From Candidatus Latescibacterota bacterium (GTDB lineage Bacteria > Latescibacterota > UBA2968 > GCA-2709665): a stretch of 64,000 nucleotides of DNA. Made by a program: the position numbers and the translations under genes. Under the pieces are notes generated by a model. That model was not told the DNA's origin. It worked only from the letters and a program-made list of their open reading frames with translations, and ran no database searches. This document shows positions 40,252-50,659 of this stretch, one piece after another (the stretch's first letter is position 1; each line of letters starts with the position of its first letter). The stretch spans positions 3,648,001 through 3,712,000 of the forward strand of contig CBDCOX010000002.1 of the NCBI GenBank assembly GCA_965219995.1, given 5' to 3'.

Positions 40252-43200
40252 TTAAATCCAATGGCGGCGGCGCTGGAACGGGTAGCCCGGAAGGGAGATG
40301 CGGCGCCGCGTTTCACCCGAGAACAAACCGTCGAACGAAATCGCCAGCCCCGTCTCGTACGCACCCGCGACCGCCTCGATGAATCGGTCGCAGCATGCCC
40401 CCGCATCGTCACCGGATGGCCGCGGCAGGCTTGAAAGCACAACCGGCGCCTCCCCATCATTCGCGGACTTCGGCCTTGTCATTGTTGAATCGGAGCCGTT
40501 CACAGCGTCCGGCCCGATCTCGATCACGACGTCCACCCCGGCTTCGACCAGGGTTTCGAAACAACGGTCCAGTCTCGCCGGTTCGTTCGCCTTGCGGCGC
40601 CAGTACTCGGCCTCGAGGGCGTCGTCCGGGTCGACGGAACGCCCGGTAGCGCCACTTATCATGTCGACCGAAGGAGGCACAGCCGCGATTTTCTCCACGG
40701 ATCCTTCCGGTCCAAGGGATGCCGCAATCCGCAATCCTTCCTCCAGGCTGAATACCCCCGCCGCCCTGGCTGCCGCGAGTTCACCAAGGTCCCGGCCAAC
40801 GACCACGTTCGGTCGGATACCCACACTCGACCAGAGTTCGGTAAGCGCGCAATGCAACGCGTAGATCGCCGGCTGCCGACAGGCAGGGTCCTCAAAGGCG
40901 CCGTCTGATTCCACTGTCCTGATCATGACCTCCAACAGCGAGGCGTCTCGCATTTCGCGAAAAACCTCGTCGCAGCGATCCAGGACCGCACGCACGACGG
41001 GTTCCGTTTCGTACAGCGAACGGCCCATGCCCGCCTGGTGGCTGTCCTTCCCGGCGTAGGCGAACGCCACCTTCCCGGCGGTCACGGGTACCAACCCATC
41101 CTCCCCCAGCGCCACTGTCTTCAATCCTTCACGCAACGACGCGACGTCGTTGAAGGGCACGCCCGCCCTGTAGGAGAAATGGCTCCGGCCCACCCCCGCG
41201 GTCCAGGCCATGTCGGCGAGCATGTCCGATTGAGCTGCGTGGGAAGACGCCTCCCCGGCACGCTGGTCCAGCCAGTCCGCGTAGCGTGCCGCAAGCTCCC
41301 GGAGCGCCCCTTCGGCCTTGCCGGACAGGGGCAGGAACCGGGTTTCCCGCTTCTGCAACCGGCCATCCTCCGGCAGCGGCAGGTCCCCGACCGGCGCCGG
41401 CAACGAAATGGACACCTGTTGCGCGGACCCGGCGGAAAGGAGGCCCATATCCGGGTTGTTTCCGGCCGGGTTTCCATATCCCTCCACGACCACGTGGGCG
41501 TTCGATCCCGATATCCCGAATGCGCTCACCCCCGCCCTGGACGGTCTGTCGGCGTGGTGCGGCCAGCCCGTTGCCTCGGATGTCACGCGTACAGGGAGCC
41601 GGCTCCAGTCCAGGTTCGGATTGGGAACCCGGAAGTGCAGATGTCTGGGAATCATCCCATGCTTCATCGCCAGCACCGTCTTGATCAGGCCGGCAATCCC
41701 GGCAACCGTCTCCAGGTGCCCGACGTTGGTCTTCACAGACCCGATCAGCAGAGGGCGGTCCGCTTCGCGTTCCCTGCCGTACACCGCCGCCGCCGCCTGC
41801 AACTCAATGGAATCGCCCATGGCGGATCCGGCCCCGTGCGCCTCCAGGTAGTCCACGTCGGACGGGGCGATACCCGCTCTTGCCAGCGCGGCCTCGATCA
41901 GGCGTTCCTGCGCGGGACCGTTCGGTACGGTCGGACCGGCCGCGGCGCCGTTCTGATTGACCGCCGAGCCCCGGACCACGCCCCAGATGCGGTCGCCGTC
42001 CGCTTCCGCGTCCGCGAGTCGCTTCAGGACGACCATGCCGCAACCGTCTCCCCGAACGAAGCCGTTCGCGGACCCGTCGAAGGCCTTGCACTGCCCCTCG
42101 GGCGACAACATCCCCAGTTCCGCCATCTCTCTGGTCAACCTCGGCGACAGGACAGCGTTCACGCCGCCAACCAGGGCGAGGTCGACTTCGCCCTCCCGCA
42201 ATCCCGTCACAGCCTGGTGCACGGCCACCAGCGACGAAGCGCAGTTCAACTCTACGGGTATCGCCGGCCCCTCCAGACCCAGCACGAACGCGACTCGTCC
42301 GACGGTCATGCTGGCGGAAGTACCCAGGTAACTGATATCGTGGTCGCCGGCGGCCATCAGGTCCCTGTACTCGCTGCTGGCGATGCCGGCATAAACCCCG
42401 GTACGGCTTCCCCTCAACCCGCCGGGATCGATGCCGGCATCCTCGAGTGCCTGCCAACTCGTCTCCATCAGCATTCGCTGCTGAGGGTCCATCATGCGTG
42501 CCTCGACGGGCGCAATCTGGAAGAAACGCGCGTCGAACCGGTCGATCCCATCCACAAATCCACCACTGCGGTACACATTGAATCCACCGGTGAGTTCATC
42601 GGCGCAGCTTCCCGTGGTTCCGGAATTCCAGCGACCGTCCGTCACCGCGTTCGCGCCGGCTTCGAGTTGATTCCAGAATTCCATGACGTTTGAAGCGCCA
42701 GGGAATCTGCACGCCATACCGACGATCGCGACGCCGGTTTCCTCGCGTGGAGCGGTCGGCACACGCTCAGGCTCAGGTTGCGGTTCAGGGGCAGGCGCGG
42801 GCGCACTCTCGATCTCACCCAGTTCTCCGACGAGGTGTCCGGCGAGGCTGGCGATATCCGGGTAGTCGAATACCAGCGTGTTGGGCGCTACGTAATGCCC
42901 CGCGAAAGCCCGGTTCAGCCGGTTCCGGAGTTCCACCGCCATCAGCGAATCGATCCCCAGATCGAAGAAGCCCACCGCGGGCGCGGGTGCCGCCGGCAGC
43001 CTCAACACCGCTTGAACTTCCTGCTGCAGGAAGGATACGAGCAATGCTTCGCGCCCCACCGCCGGCGTGACCTCCAGCATGGAAAGCAGGTCTTCCGATG
43101 CGCCTGCCGCGTCCGCCGCGGAATCTTCGGCCGCCGGCAGCAGGTCTTCGAACAGGGACGGACGACCTTCGACGGCCTCTCCGAACACGGACCAGTCCGC

Positions 43201-46200
43201 CGCCAGTACGACCGAAGTCGTGGGATCCTCGCGCAGCAGCCGGTCGAACACCCTGAGGCCCTGTTCCGGGCTGAACCATCCGGTTCCGGCCGCCTCGCGC
43301 CGACGGGCAATCCGGTCCCGCTGTTCCTCCGCCTCGCCGAGTCCGGACCATGCACCCCAGGCGATGGCCTGTCCGGGTAGCCCGAGCGCGCGCCGGTGGG
43401 CGGCGAGTTGATCGAGGAACGTGTTGGCCGCCGCGTGGTTCGCCTGGCCCGGATTGCCCAGAATCCCGGCCACACTCGAGAACAGGACGAAGAGATCCAG
43501 GTCGCAGTCGGCGGTGGACCGGTGCAGATGCCAGGCGCCAAGAACCTTCGGCCGGAGAACCTGCTCGAACCGCTCCCAGCTCTGATTCGCAAGCGAAGCA
43601 TCCGACAGCACCCCCACGCTGTGGATCACGCCTCCAAGCGGCGGCGATTCAGCCTTGATCCGCTCGAACATTGCGTCCACCGCGCCGGCATCCGTGACAT
43701 CGGCCAGCTCCACCCGCACCGCAACGCCGCGTTCCCTGAGCGCTGCGATCGTTTCCTCCGCTTCCTGGTCCGGAGGCCGCCGGCCGTTCAATACGATGGC
43801 CCCCGCACCCCGCTCCGCCAGCCAGCCGGCCAGGGCGCATCCGATTCCGCCCAGGCCGCCGGTCACCAGGTAGGTCCGGTCCTGCCGCAGCCGGCCATCC
43901 ACGAGCGGTGGCGAGGCCAGTACGATCTTCCCGATGTGCCGGGCGTCGCGCATGAACTCCATCGCGGCTCCGGCCTCGGCCAACGGCCACCGGGTGTGGA
44001 TCAGGGGCTTCAGTTCTCCCGCCCCGAGTCGCTCCATAACGTTCCGGAGCGCCGCTCCGGGCCGCGCCGGGTCCTGCTCCTTGAGGACGTCCAGCTCCAG
44101 GATGGCGTAGGCGACGTCCGGCCGCACAGCCGCCATTTCCTCCTCGCTCAGGATGTCGCGCCTTGCCAGCTCGACGAATCGACCGCCTTGCCTGAGGCAG
44201 GACAGACTCGCCTCGATGAAGCCCTCACCGGTAAGGCTGTTCAGCACCACGTCCACACCCGCGCCGTCCGTGGCTTCCAGGATCTCCCCGCCGAAGTCCG
44301 TCGTGCGGCTGTCGAAAATGCGCGTCACGCCGAGTGATCGGAGATACGCCTGTTTAGGCGCGCTCGCGGTGGCGAAGACTTCCGCGCCGGCGGCCTGCGC
44401 CAATTGGACGGCCGCGAGCCCCACGCCGCCCGCGGCGGCGTGGATCAGCACCCGTTCGCCCGCCTTCAGGCCCGCAATATCGAATGACAACGCGGTGGTC
44501 CCGAACACGGTGGGCACCGTGGCGAGGGCTGCGACCGGAATCCCCGGGGGCGCGAGCGCCACCAGTTCCTCCTTCGTCACCACTTCCGGTCCGAATGTGC
44601 CGAATGCCAGGCCGACCACACGGTCGCCCACGGAGACCGTTGAGGTTCCGGAGCCGACCTCTACGATCCGGCCGCACATCTCTTCGCCCATCAGGCCTTC
44701 ACCCACCAGGCCCATGCCCCGGAACACGTCGAGGAAGTTCAGCCCGCGGGCTTCGACCGCGACGCGAACTTCCCCCGGCTCCAGGGAACGCGCCGGCAAC
44801 GGCTGGACCTGAAGCTCCTGGAGCGTGCCGCCGGCGGCAGGGGCCAACAGCCAGTCGGAACCCTCCGGCAGGGCGAGGCGCGCGCCGGTGCGAACCAGGC
44901 GGGCCACCCGGCGGCGCCCGGTCCGATACGCGATTTGCGTCTCCGGGTCGGGAAACAGCAGTTCTTCCGCGAAGTCGCCCGGCAGTTCCGTCGCCTCGGG
45001 GTCGAGATCGATCATCTTCGGATTCAGGTGCGCCGCTTCCCGGGCCACCACCCTGCCGAAACCCCACAACGTCGCTCCGCCAAGCTGCCCCGCGCGCTCC
45101 CGCTCCAGGACCTGCGCGCCACGTGTGACGAACCACACTCCCTTCGCGGGGGTCAGGTCGGCATCGATCACGCCTTGCATCAGAGCCAGCGCGGTGGCCG
45201 TGGCTCGTTTCGCATCCTCTCCCATTTCCTCCGTGGTCGCCGCCGCCCCGTGACCGTCCAGCGCCGCGAGATGCACGATACCGCCGAGGGGCACGTTGCC
45301 GGGCAGTCCCTCCAGCAGGGATTGCCACGACTCGCGCCGGTCCATCTCCACGGCGCAACTGACGACGCCGTCCGCTTCGTGGGCGGACCCCACCGTTTCC
45401 GTCGATTCCGCGTCCGCCAGCACAACCGTCTGGTTCCGCGCTGTGAGTTGGGCCGCCAGCGCCGTGGCGACGCCGCCCCGGTCCCCCGCGAGAACCCATG
45501 CGGCCGGCGGGAGGAGCACCTCCGCCGGCCCCTGCGCCACGATCACGCCCCGGTCGGGCAACCCGGCCGACTCGGACTCGTCGACGCCAAGGATCTCGAC
45601 CTCGCCGAAACCCACGTCGCCGAGCGCTCGCCGCCACACGTCCGGCCCCGCCAGGGCGTGGTCCGAACGGTACCGATCTGCGAATCGCCACCAGCCGTCC
45701 AGCTGTCCGAATATCAGGTCCATCCAGCCTCTGCCGCGCTGGTTCTCCAGCGCCACAAGCTGTCCCGCCGGCGCCAGAAGCTCCCGGCAGTGCGCCAGCG
45801 TCTGATCGAGATACTGCGTCGCATGCAGCACGTTGGCGGCAATTACGAGGTCGTACGCGTGGGAATCATAGCCCTGAGCCGCCGGCTCCTTCTCAATATC
45901 CAAAACGCGGTATTCGATAGGCGCATCCGCCTGGTCGAAACGCGCTTCCGCGTCGGAGAAGAAGCCCGCGGAGATGTCCGTGTAGGTATAGTCGAACCGC
46001 CCGCCCGGCAGCCCGGGCAGGACGCACTCGGTCGCCGACCCGATGCCCGCGCCGACCTCGAGCACCCGGAGCCGGCGCCCCTCCGGCAGCCCGGCCGCAA
46101 GGTCCTGCACCACCTCTCCGAGCATCTGGTTCGCCGCTCGCCACACGGGCGCCCTGCGGTAGAGATCGGCAGCCTGCGGTTCCGCGTCGCCGAACAACAG

Positions 46201-48168
46201 CGACAGCGGGTCCTCGCGGCCCCGCAGCACCTCCGCGAGGGCCCCCGCACAGCGCCTGATGAGCCCGATCTCGTTCGCGCCGTGCCGGTACCGTCCGGTC
46301 ATGCCGGTCGCGTGCTCATCGGCATCATGCGGCATTTCTTCCGGCAACGCATCTTCGGCCCCGACCGCCACCACGAATCCCTCGTCCGCCGCCTCCAGCA
46401 CGCCCGATCGTGCCAGTATTTCGAGGATCCGCCGGAACAGCCGGGCGTGTTCCGGCAAAACTCCCAGGTCCTGCCGCAAGCCGTCCGGATCCACGTCGGC
46501 GCCCGTCGTGCGCCGCCAACCCAGCTTTTCCAGGGCCGAAAGCGCATACGCCCACGACAACCGCTCCAGGTCGGCTTGCAGGGCGGCCTCTTCTTCGACG
46601 CCGACGCCTTCGGCGGCCAGGTACAGTGAGAATGGCTTCGAGCGGGGCGCCACGTCCAACGGGCCTGGCAGGAAATCGGCGGACGGCATTCCAGGCTCGA
46701 GGACACTGTCCCGCCACACCATCTCGTACAGGAGTTCGTCCAGTCCTTCCACGGCCGAGAGCAGCGCTTCACGGGTCGCGCGCTTCACCGTATATCCATC
46801 CAGCTCGCACAGCAGGGTACCGCTCGGGTCGTAGATCCGGAGGTCTCCGGTAAGGACCTCCGGCGGCTCGGATTCCGTATCCGGCGACGGGGTCCGCAGG
46901 TCTGCGGACATGCGCGCGTGGCAGACAACCCGCTCCGGGAGCGGCCCCGCGAGCCAAAGCCGTTCCCATCCGAACGGCAGATAGGTGACCCCTTCCCAGG
47001 TCCCCGCCGGTTCGCGCGCCGCGGCCATGACCTGGAAACAACCGTCGAGCAGGAGCGGATGGATTTCGTTCCCGCCGGGGTCGATGCCTGCCGGCAGCGC
47101 CACCTCGCCAAGCGCCTCACCCGTCCCGGACCAGACCGCTTCCAGCGTCCGGAACGACGGCCCATGGTCGATCCCTACCCCGGCCTTCGCCCGATAGATT
47201 GCGGCCACGTCCTGCGGCGACAGGTCGGCTTTGAGGCTCTTCAGGTCCGACGGCGCCTCCGTACTCGGACCGCCGGTGTCCGGCGACAACCGGCCCTCCG
47301 CGTGCAGCGTCCACTCGTCTCCGGAATCTCCCCTGCTGAGTATTCGAATTCGTTGCGCCTCGCCGGGCTCGTCGATCAGGACCTGCATTCTCCTGCCCCG
47401 TTCACCGGCCTCGTCGCCGGCGTTCTCATCCGCGAAGATCAACGGGTTGTGGAGTTGAACATCCTCGAGCGCGTCCCTCCCGGCGCCCTCGGCGAAGGCG
47501 GCCGATACCGCCATGGCCCCGTAGAGCGCGCCCGGCGCCACGAGCCGGTCGAACACCCGGTGGTCCCGCATCCATGCCGGGTCCGAGGGAAACACCTCCG
47601 TATCGAACGCGACCTCGCCGCTGGCGGATTCGTGCCGGCCTCCAAGCAGCGGGTGGCCGGCGCCCGTCCGCCGCCTGGTCGCCTTGACCCAATGGCTCTT
47701 GCGCTGGAACGGATAGCCCGGCAACGAGACCCGGCGCCGCGCTTCGCCGGCGAACAGGCCGGAAAAGGAAACCGGTAGTCCCGATTCGTAAGCCCTTGCG
47801 ACGGCCACTGGAAAGGCACGGTCGGCCTCCGCCCGCGACACCCTGCTCGAGGGGCGCAACAGGCTCGAAAGCGCGATCGGCGGCGGGGCGCTTCCCGCTG
47901 CGTCCGGCCAGGCCATGGTCGCCATCGATCCAAGCACCGAATGGGGCCCGACTTCAATGATCAGATCGACGCCCAGACGCGCCAGGGTCTCCATGCTTCG
48001 ACTGAATGCCACCGCCTCGCGCGAGTGGCGGCGCCAGTATGCGCCGTCCATTCGTTCATCCGACTCCAGCACCCTGCCCGTCACGTTGCTGATGAGTGTG
48101 AGCGAAGGAGACGAGATTTCCAGATTCGCGACCACGTCCTCCAACCCGTCCAGCATCGGATCCACCAT
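40252..48168 (-). CDS. supA: SupA-like type I PKS, C-terminal part (AT end-DH-cMT-ER-KR-ACP-KS-degenerate AT), downstream of the frameshift
   Basis: DH HRVFDRLVAP and DGCFQ; MT LEVGAGIG; ER IHAAAGGVG; KR TGGLGGIG; ACP GIDSL; KS NCASS, EAHG, VGHL; AT GRDLG. Confidence 0.88.
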   Translation of the reverse strand: MVDPMLDGLEDVVANLEISSPSLTLISNVTGRVLESDERMDGAYWRRHSREAVAFSRSMETLARLGVDLIIEVGPHSVLGSMATMAWPDAAGSAPPPIALSSLLRPSSRVSRAEADRAFPVAVARAYESGLPVSFSGLFAGEARRRVSLPGYPFQRKSHWVKATRRRTGAGHPLLGGRHESASGEVAFDTEVFPSDPAWMRDHRVFDRLVAPGALYGAMAVSAAFAEGAGRDALEDVQLHNPLIFADENAGDEAGERGRRMQVLIDEPGEAQRIRILSRGDSGDEWTLHAEGRLSPDTGGPSTEAPSDLKSLKADLSPQDVAAIYRAKAGVGIDHGPSFRTLEAVWSGTGEALGEVALPAGIDPGGNEIHPLLLDGCFQVMAAAREPAGTWEGVTYLPFGWERLWLAGPLPERVVCHARMSADLRTPSPDTESEPPEVLTGDLRIYDPSGTLLCELDGYTVKRATREALLSAVEGLDELLYEMVWRDSVLEPGMPSADFLPGPLDVAPRSKPFSLYLAAEGVGVEEEAALQADLERLSWAYALSALEKLGWRRTTGADVDPDGLRQDLGVLPEHARLFRRILEILARSGVLEAADEGFVVAVGAEDALPEEMPHDADEHATGMTGRYRHGANEIGLIRRCAGALAEVLRGREDPLSLLFGDAEPQAADLYRRAPVWRAANQMLGEVVQDLAAGLPEGRRLRVLEVGAGIGSATECVLPGLPGGRFDYTYTDISAGFFSDAEARFDQADAPIEYRVLDIEKEPAAQGYDSHAYDLVIAANVLHATQYLDQTLAHCRELLAPAGQLVALENQRGRGWMDLIFGQLDGWWRFADRYRSDHALAGPDVWRRALGDVGFGEVEILGVDESESAGLPDRGVIVAQGPAEVLLPPAAWVLAGDRGGVATALAAQLTARNQTVVLADAESTETVGSAHEADGVVSCAVEMDRRESWQSLLEGLPGNVPLGGIVHLAALDGHGAAATTEEMGEDAKRATATALALMQGVIDADLTPAKGVWFVTRGAQVLERERAGQLGGATLWGFGRVVAREAAHLNPKMIDLDPEATELPGDFAEELLFPDPETQIAYRTGRRRVARLVRTGARLALPEGSDWLLAPAAGGTLQELQVQPLPARSLEPGEVRVAVEARGLNFLDVFRGMGLVGEGLMGEEMCGRIVEVGSGTSTVSVGDRVVGLAFGTFGPEVVTKEELVALAPPGIPVAALATVPTVFGTTALSFDIAGLKAGERVLIHAAAGGVGLAAVQLAQAAGAEVFATASAPKQAYLRSLGVTRIFDSRTTDFGGEILEATDGAGVDVVLNSLTGEGFIEASLSCLRQGGRFVELARRDILSEEEMAAVRPDVAYAILELDVLKEQDPARPGAALRNVMERLGAGELKPLIHTRWPLAEAGAAMEFMRDARHIGKIVLASPPLVDGRLRQDRTYLVTGGLGGIGCALAGWLAERGAGAIVLNGRRPPDQEAEETIAALRERGVAVRVELADVTDAGAVDAMFERIKAESPPLGGVIHSVGVLSDASLANQSWERFEQVLRPKVLGAWHLHRSTADCDLDLFVLFSSVAGILGNPGQANHAAANTFLDQLAAHRRALGLPGQAIAWGAWSGLGEAEEQRDRIARRREAAGTGWFSPEQGLRVFDRLLREDPTTSVVLAADWSVFGEAVEGRPSLFEDLLPAAEDSAADAAGASEDLLSMLEVTPAVGREALLVSFLQQEVQAVLRLPAAPAPAVGFFDLGIDSLMAVELRNRLNRAFAGHYVAPNTLVFDYPDIASLAGHLVGELGEIESAPAPAPEPQPEPERVPTAPREETGVAIVGMACRFPGASNVMEFWNQLEAGANAVTDGRWNSGTTGSCADELTGGFNVYRSGGFVDGIDRFDARFFQIAPVEARMMDPQQRMLMETSWQALEDAGIDPGGLRGSRTGVYAGIASSEYRDLMAAGDHDISYLGTSASMTVGRVAFVLGLEGPAIPVELNCASSLVAVHQAVTGLREGEVDLALVGGVNAVLSPRLTREMAELGMLSPEGQCKAFDGSANGFVRGDGCGMVVLKRLADAEADGDRIWGVVRGSAVNQNGAAAGPTVPNGPAQERLIEAALARAGIAPSDVDYLEAHGAGSAMGDSIELQAAAAVYGREREADRPLLIGSVKTNVGHLETVAGIAGLIKTVLAMKHGMIPRHLHFRVPNPNLDWSRLPVRVTSEATGWPHHADRPSRAGVSAFGISGSNAHVVVEGYGNPAGNNPDMGLLSAGSAQQVSISLPAPVGDLPLPEDGRLQKRETRFLPLSGKAEGALRELAARYADWLDQRAGEASSHAAQSDMLADMAWTAGVGRSHFSYRAGVPFNDVASLREGLKTVALGEDGLVPVTAGKVAFAYAGKDSHQAGMGRSLYETEPVVRAVLDRCDEVFREMRDASLLEVMIRTVESDGAFEDPACRQPAIYALHCALTELWSSVGIRPNVVVGRDLGELAAARAAGVFSLEEGLRIAASLGPEGSVEKIAAVPPSVDMISGATGRSVDPDDALEAEYWRRKANEPARLDRCFETLVEAGVDVVIEIGPDAVNGSDSTMTRPKSANDGEAPVVLSSLPRPSGDDAGACCDRFIEAVAGAYETGLAISFDGLFSGETRRRISLPGYPFQRRRHWI

Positions 48169-50528
48169 GGGCTGTGGAAGGCGTTTCCGGTGGCGAGTCG
48201 GTTGACCCGGACTTCCCGGGCAAGGAAGCGCTCCGAGATCTCCGTAACGTCGACTTCAGGGCCGCTCACGACCTGATGCGCGCCATTGTACGCAGCGATG
48301 CACAGTCCCATCCCGTCGGACGCGGCATTCAGTTCATCGATCGCCGTCTCGACTTGCTGTACGTCGGCGAAGATCGCGGCCATGGCGCCGCCTTGCGGCA
48401 ACGCAGCCGTGAGTTCCCCCCTCGCCGCGGCAAAACGTACGCCTTCCTCCAGGTCGAACACCCCCGCCGCCTGTGCGGCGGCGTGTTCACCAAAGCTGTG
48501 GCCGAGCACAACGTGAGGACGAACACCCAGGCTGGACCACAGCGCCGTCAGTGCGCACTCCAACGAAAAAATCGCCGCCTGCGTCCACGCCTGGTTGGAA
48601 AGATCTCCTGATCGCCCGAACATCACATCCAGCAGCGAGCTGCCCCGTTCCTTCCTCATCACCGCATCGCAGCGGTCGAGGACCGCTCGGAACACCGGCT
48701 CCGTCTCGTAGAGCTTCTCACCCATACCAACCCAGTGGCTTCCCTGACCCGTGTACAGGAAGGCAACCCGGGAAGGAGCTTGCGCGTCGTTCGCGGCGCC
48801 CGAGTCGGCAAGTGCACGGAGCTCTTCGCGCAGAGACGGAACGTCGTCGAAGACGATGCCTTTCCGATGTGTGAAATGGCTCCGGCCCACGCCGGCCGTC
48901 CACGCCATGTCGGCAAGCACGGACTGTGCCGCGCCCCCGGGTTCGGCGGCGCGCTCGTCCAGCCAGTCCAGGTACCGCCCCGCCAGGACCTGAAGCGCCT
49001 CATTCGACTTCCCGGAAAGCGGCAAAACGCGCGTTTCTCTATCTGCCGGAGCGTCCGAGCCCTGCATCTGTTCTGCTGTCTCGCCGGGAAGCGTTACGGC
49101 GACACGCATTCGGGAACCCGACGGCCACCGGCGATTTTCGACGCCGGCCAGCCCTTCCGCCCCGGCATCGTACGCTTCCACCACCACGTGTGCGTTCGTG
49201 CCCGACCAGCCGAAACCACTTATCCCGGCCGTCGGGAGCCGCTCCGCATGGCGCGGCCAGGCTGACTGTTCCGCCGTCACCTGCAGAGGCATCCTGTCCC
49301 AGTCCAACGCCGGATTCGGCTCACGGAAGTTCAGGTGCCTTGGAATCACGCCGTGATTCATTGCCAGCGCGACCTTTATCAGCGCCGCAACGCCGGCCGC
49401 AGGCTCGAGATGGCCGATGTTCGTCTTCACCGAACCGATCAGGAGCGGCCTGTCCTGCGCGCGACCGTCGCCGTAAGCGGTCGCGGCTGCCCGTAACTCG
49501 ATGGGGTCGCCCACCGTCGTACCCGTCCCGTGCGCCTCCAGATAATCCACGTCCAACGGCGTGAGCCCGGCATCTGACAACGCGGCCCCGATGACGCGCT
49601 CCTGTGAAGCGCCGTTCGGTACGGTCAACCCCGGGCTTGCGCCATCCTGGTTGACCGCCGAACCGCGGATTACGCCCCAGATCCGGTCGCCGTCCGCCTC
49701 CGCCTCGCGGAGTCGCTTCAGAACCACGATGCCACATCCTTCGCCCCGCACATAACCGTTCGCGGCGGCGTCGAACGTCTTGCATTGCCCGTCGGGCGCC
49801 AACATTCCTGCCTTCCCTCGCAGTTCAGACAGCCGCCCGGACACGATCAGGTGAACCCCTCCGGCGAGCGCGAGGTCCGCTTCGCCCCGTTGCAGCCCCG
49901 ACACCGCCTGATGAGTCGCCACCAGCGATGACGAGCAGGCGGTGTCAAGCGCCATCGCCGGCCCCTCGAGTCCCAGTGCGAAGGCGACCCGACCGATGGC
50001 CGTGTTGAAGGAAGTGCCGCTGACGGCATAGAGGCTTGCCGCCGGCTCGGTAATCTCGGTCCCACCCAGGATCAGGCTGCGGTAGTCGTGATTGCTGATC
50101 CCCGCATAGACGCCGGTCCGGCTGCCCTTCAGCCGATCCGGATCCATCCCCGCATCCTCGATCGCCTTCCAGCTCGTTTCCAGCATCAACCGCTGCTGCG
50201 GGTCGAGCAATTGCGCCTCGACCGGCGAAATGCGAAAGAACGCAGCGTCGAACAGGTCGATTCTGTCGAGGTAAGCGCCGAAACGGCAGGCTTCGCTCTG
50301 AATCTCGGCGTCGGGAAAAAGCTCTCCTATGCGCCCGTCGCCGGAACCAGGGACTCCCTCACTGACGGCATTTTCGCCGGCTTCCAGCAATTTCCAGAAC
50401 GAAGGGACGTCCGGCGCCCCCGGAAATCGACAGGCCATGCCCACGATTGCGATTGGCTGCGCGAAGCCGGAATTCGCGCGGTCGCCGCTCAGGTCTTCCG
50501 AATATTCAACATGCCCTTCTGCGTCCAT
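48081..50528 (-). CDS. supA: SupA-like type I PKS, N-terminal part (KS-AT), frameshifted at 48169-48171
   Basis: Likely start MDAEGH; DTACSSS, EAHGTGT, NIGHLE, AT GHSFG and NAFHS; homology continues in another frame. Confidence 0.88.
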   Translation of the reverse strand: MDAEGHVEYSEDLSGDRANSGFAQPIAIVGMACRFPGAPDVPSFWKLLEAGENAVSEGVPGSGDGRIGELFPDAEIQSEACRFGAYLDRIDLFDAAFFRISPVEAQLLDPQQRLMLETSWKAIEDAGMDPDRLKGSRTGVYAGISNHDYRSLILGGTEITEPAASLYAVSGTSFNTAIGRVAFALGLEGPAMALDTACSSSLVATHQAVSGLQRGEADLALAGGVHLIVSGRLSELRGKAGMLAPDGQCKTFDAAANGYVRGEGCGIVVLKRLREAEADGDRIWGVIRGSAVNQDGASPGLTVPNGASQERVIGAALSDAGLTPLDVDYLEAHGTGTTVGDPIELRAAATAYGDGRAQDRPLLIGSVKTNIGHLEPAAGVAALIKVALAMNHGVIPRHLNFREPNPALDWDRMPLQVTAEQSAWPRHAERLPTAGISGFGWSGTNAHVVVEAYDAGAEGLAGVENRRWPSGSRMRVAVTLPGETAEQMQGSDAPADRETRVLPLSGKSNEALQVLAGRYLDWLDERAAEPGGAAQSVLADMAWTAGVGRSHFTHRKGIVFDDVPSLREELRALADSGAANDAQAPSRVAFLYTGQGSHWVGMGEKLYETEPVFRAVLDRCDAVMRKERGSSLLDVMFGRSGDLSNQAWTQAAIFSLECALTALWSSLGVRPHVVLGHSFGEHAAAQAAGVFDLEEGVRFAAARGELTAALPQGGAMAAIFADVQQVETAIDELNAASDGMGLCIAAYNGAHQVVSGPEVDVTEISERFLAREVRVNRLATGNAFHSPWWIRCWTGWRTWSRIWKSRLLRSHSSAT

Positions 50529-50659
50529 TTTGTCCCCCCCCCGATATGCGCGATCGAGCACGCCCACCTTACACGATACGCCCGGACCCGTTCCGAGGGT
50601 ATCGGAAGAATCTGCCAACTTCAGTATCCGTAACTCCAATGACGAACGGCAAACGAGAT

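Noticed and set aside
41038-47778. Long plus-strand ORFs opposite the PKS
   Set aside because: Antisense shadows caused by codon bias.
50534-50542. Nine-C run before the PKS start as a phase-variation site
   Set aside because: It lies upstream of the likely ATG and may just be a G-rich SD; slippage cannot be judged without reads.
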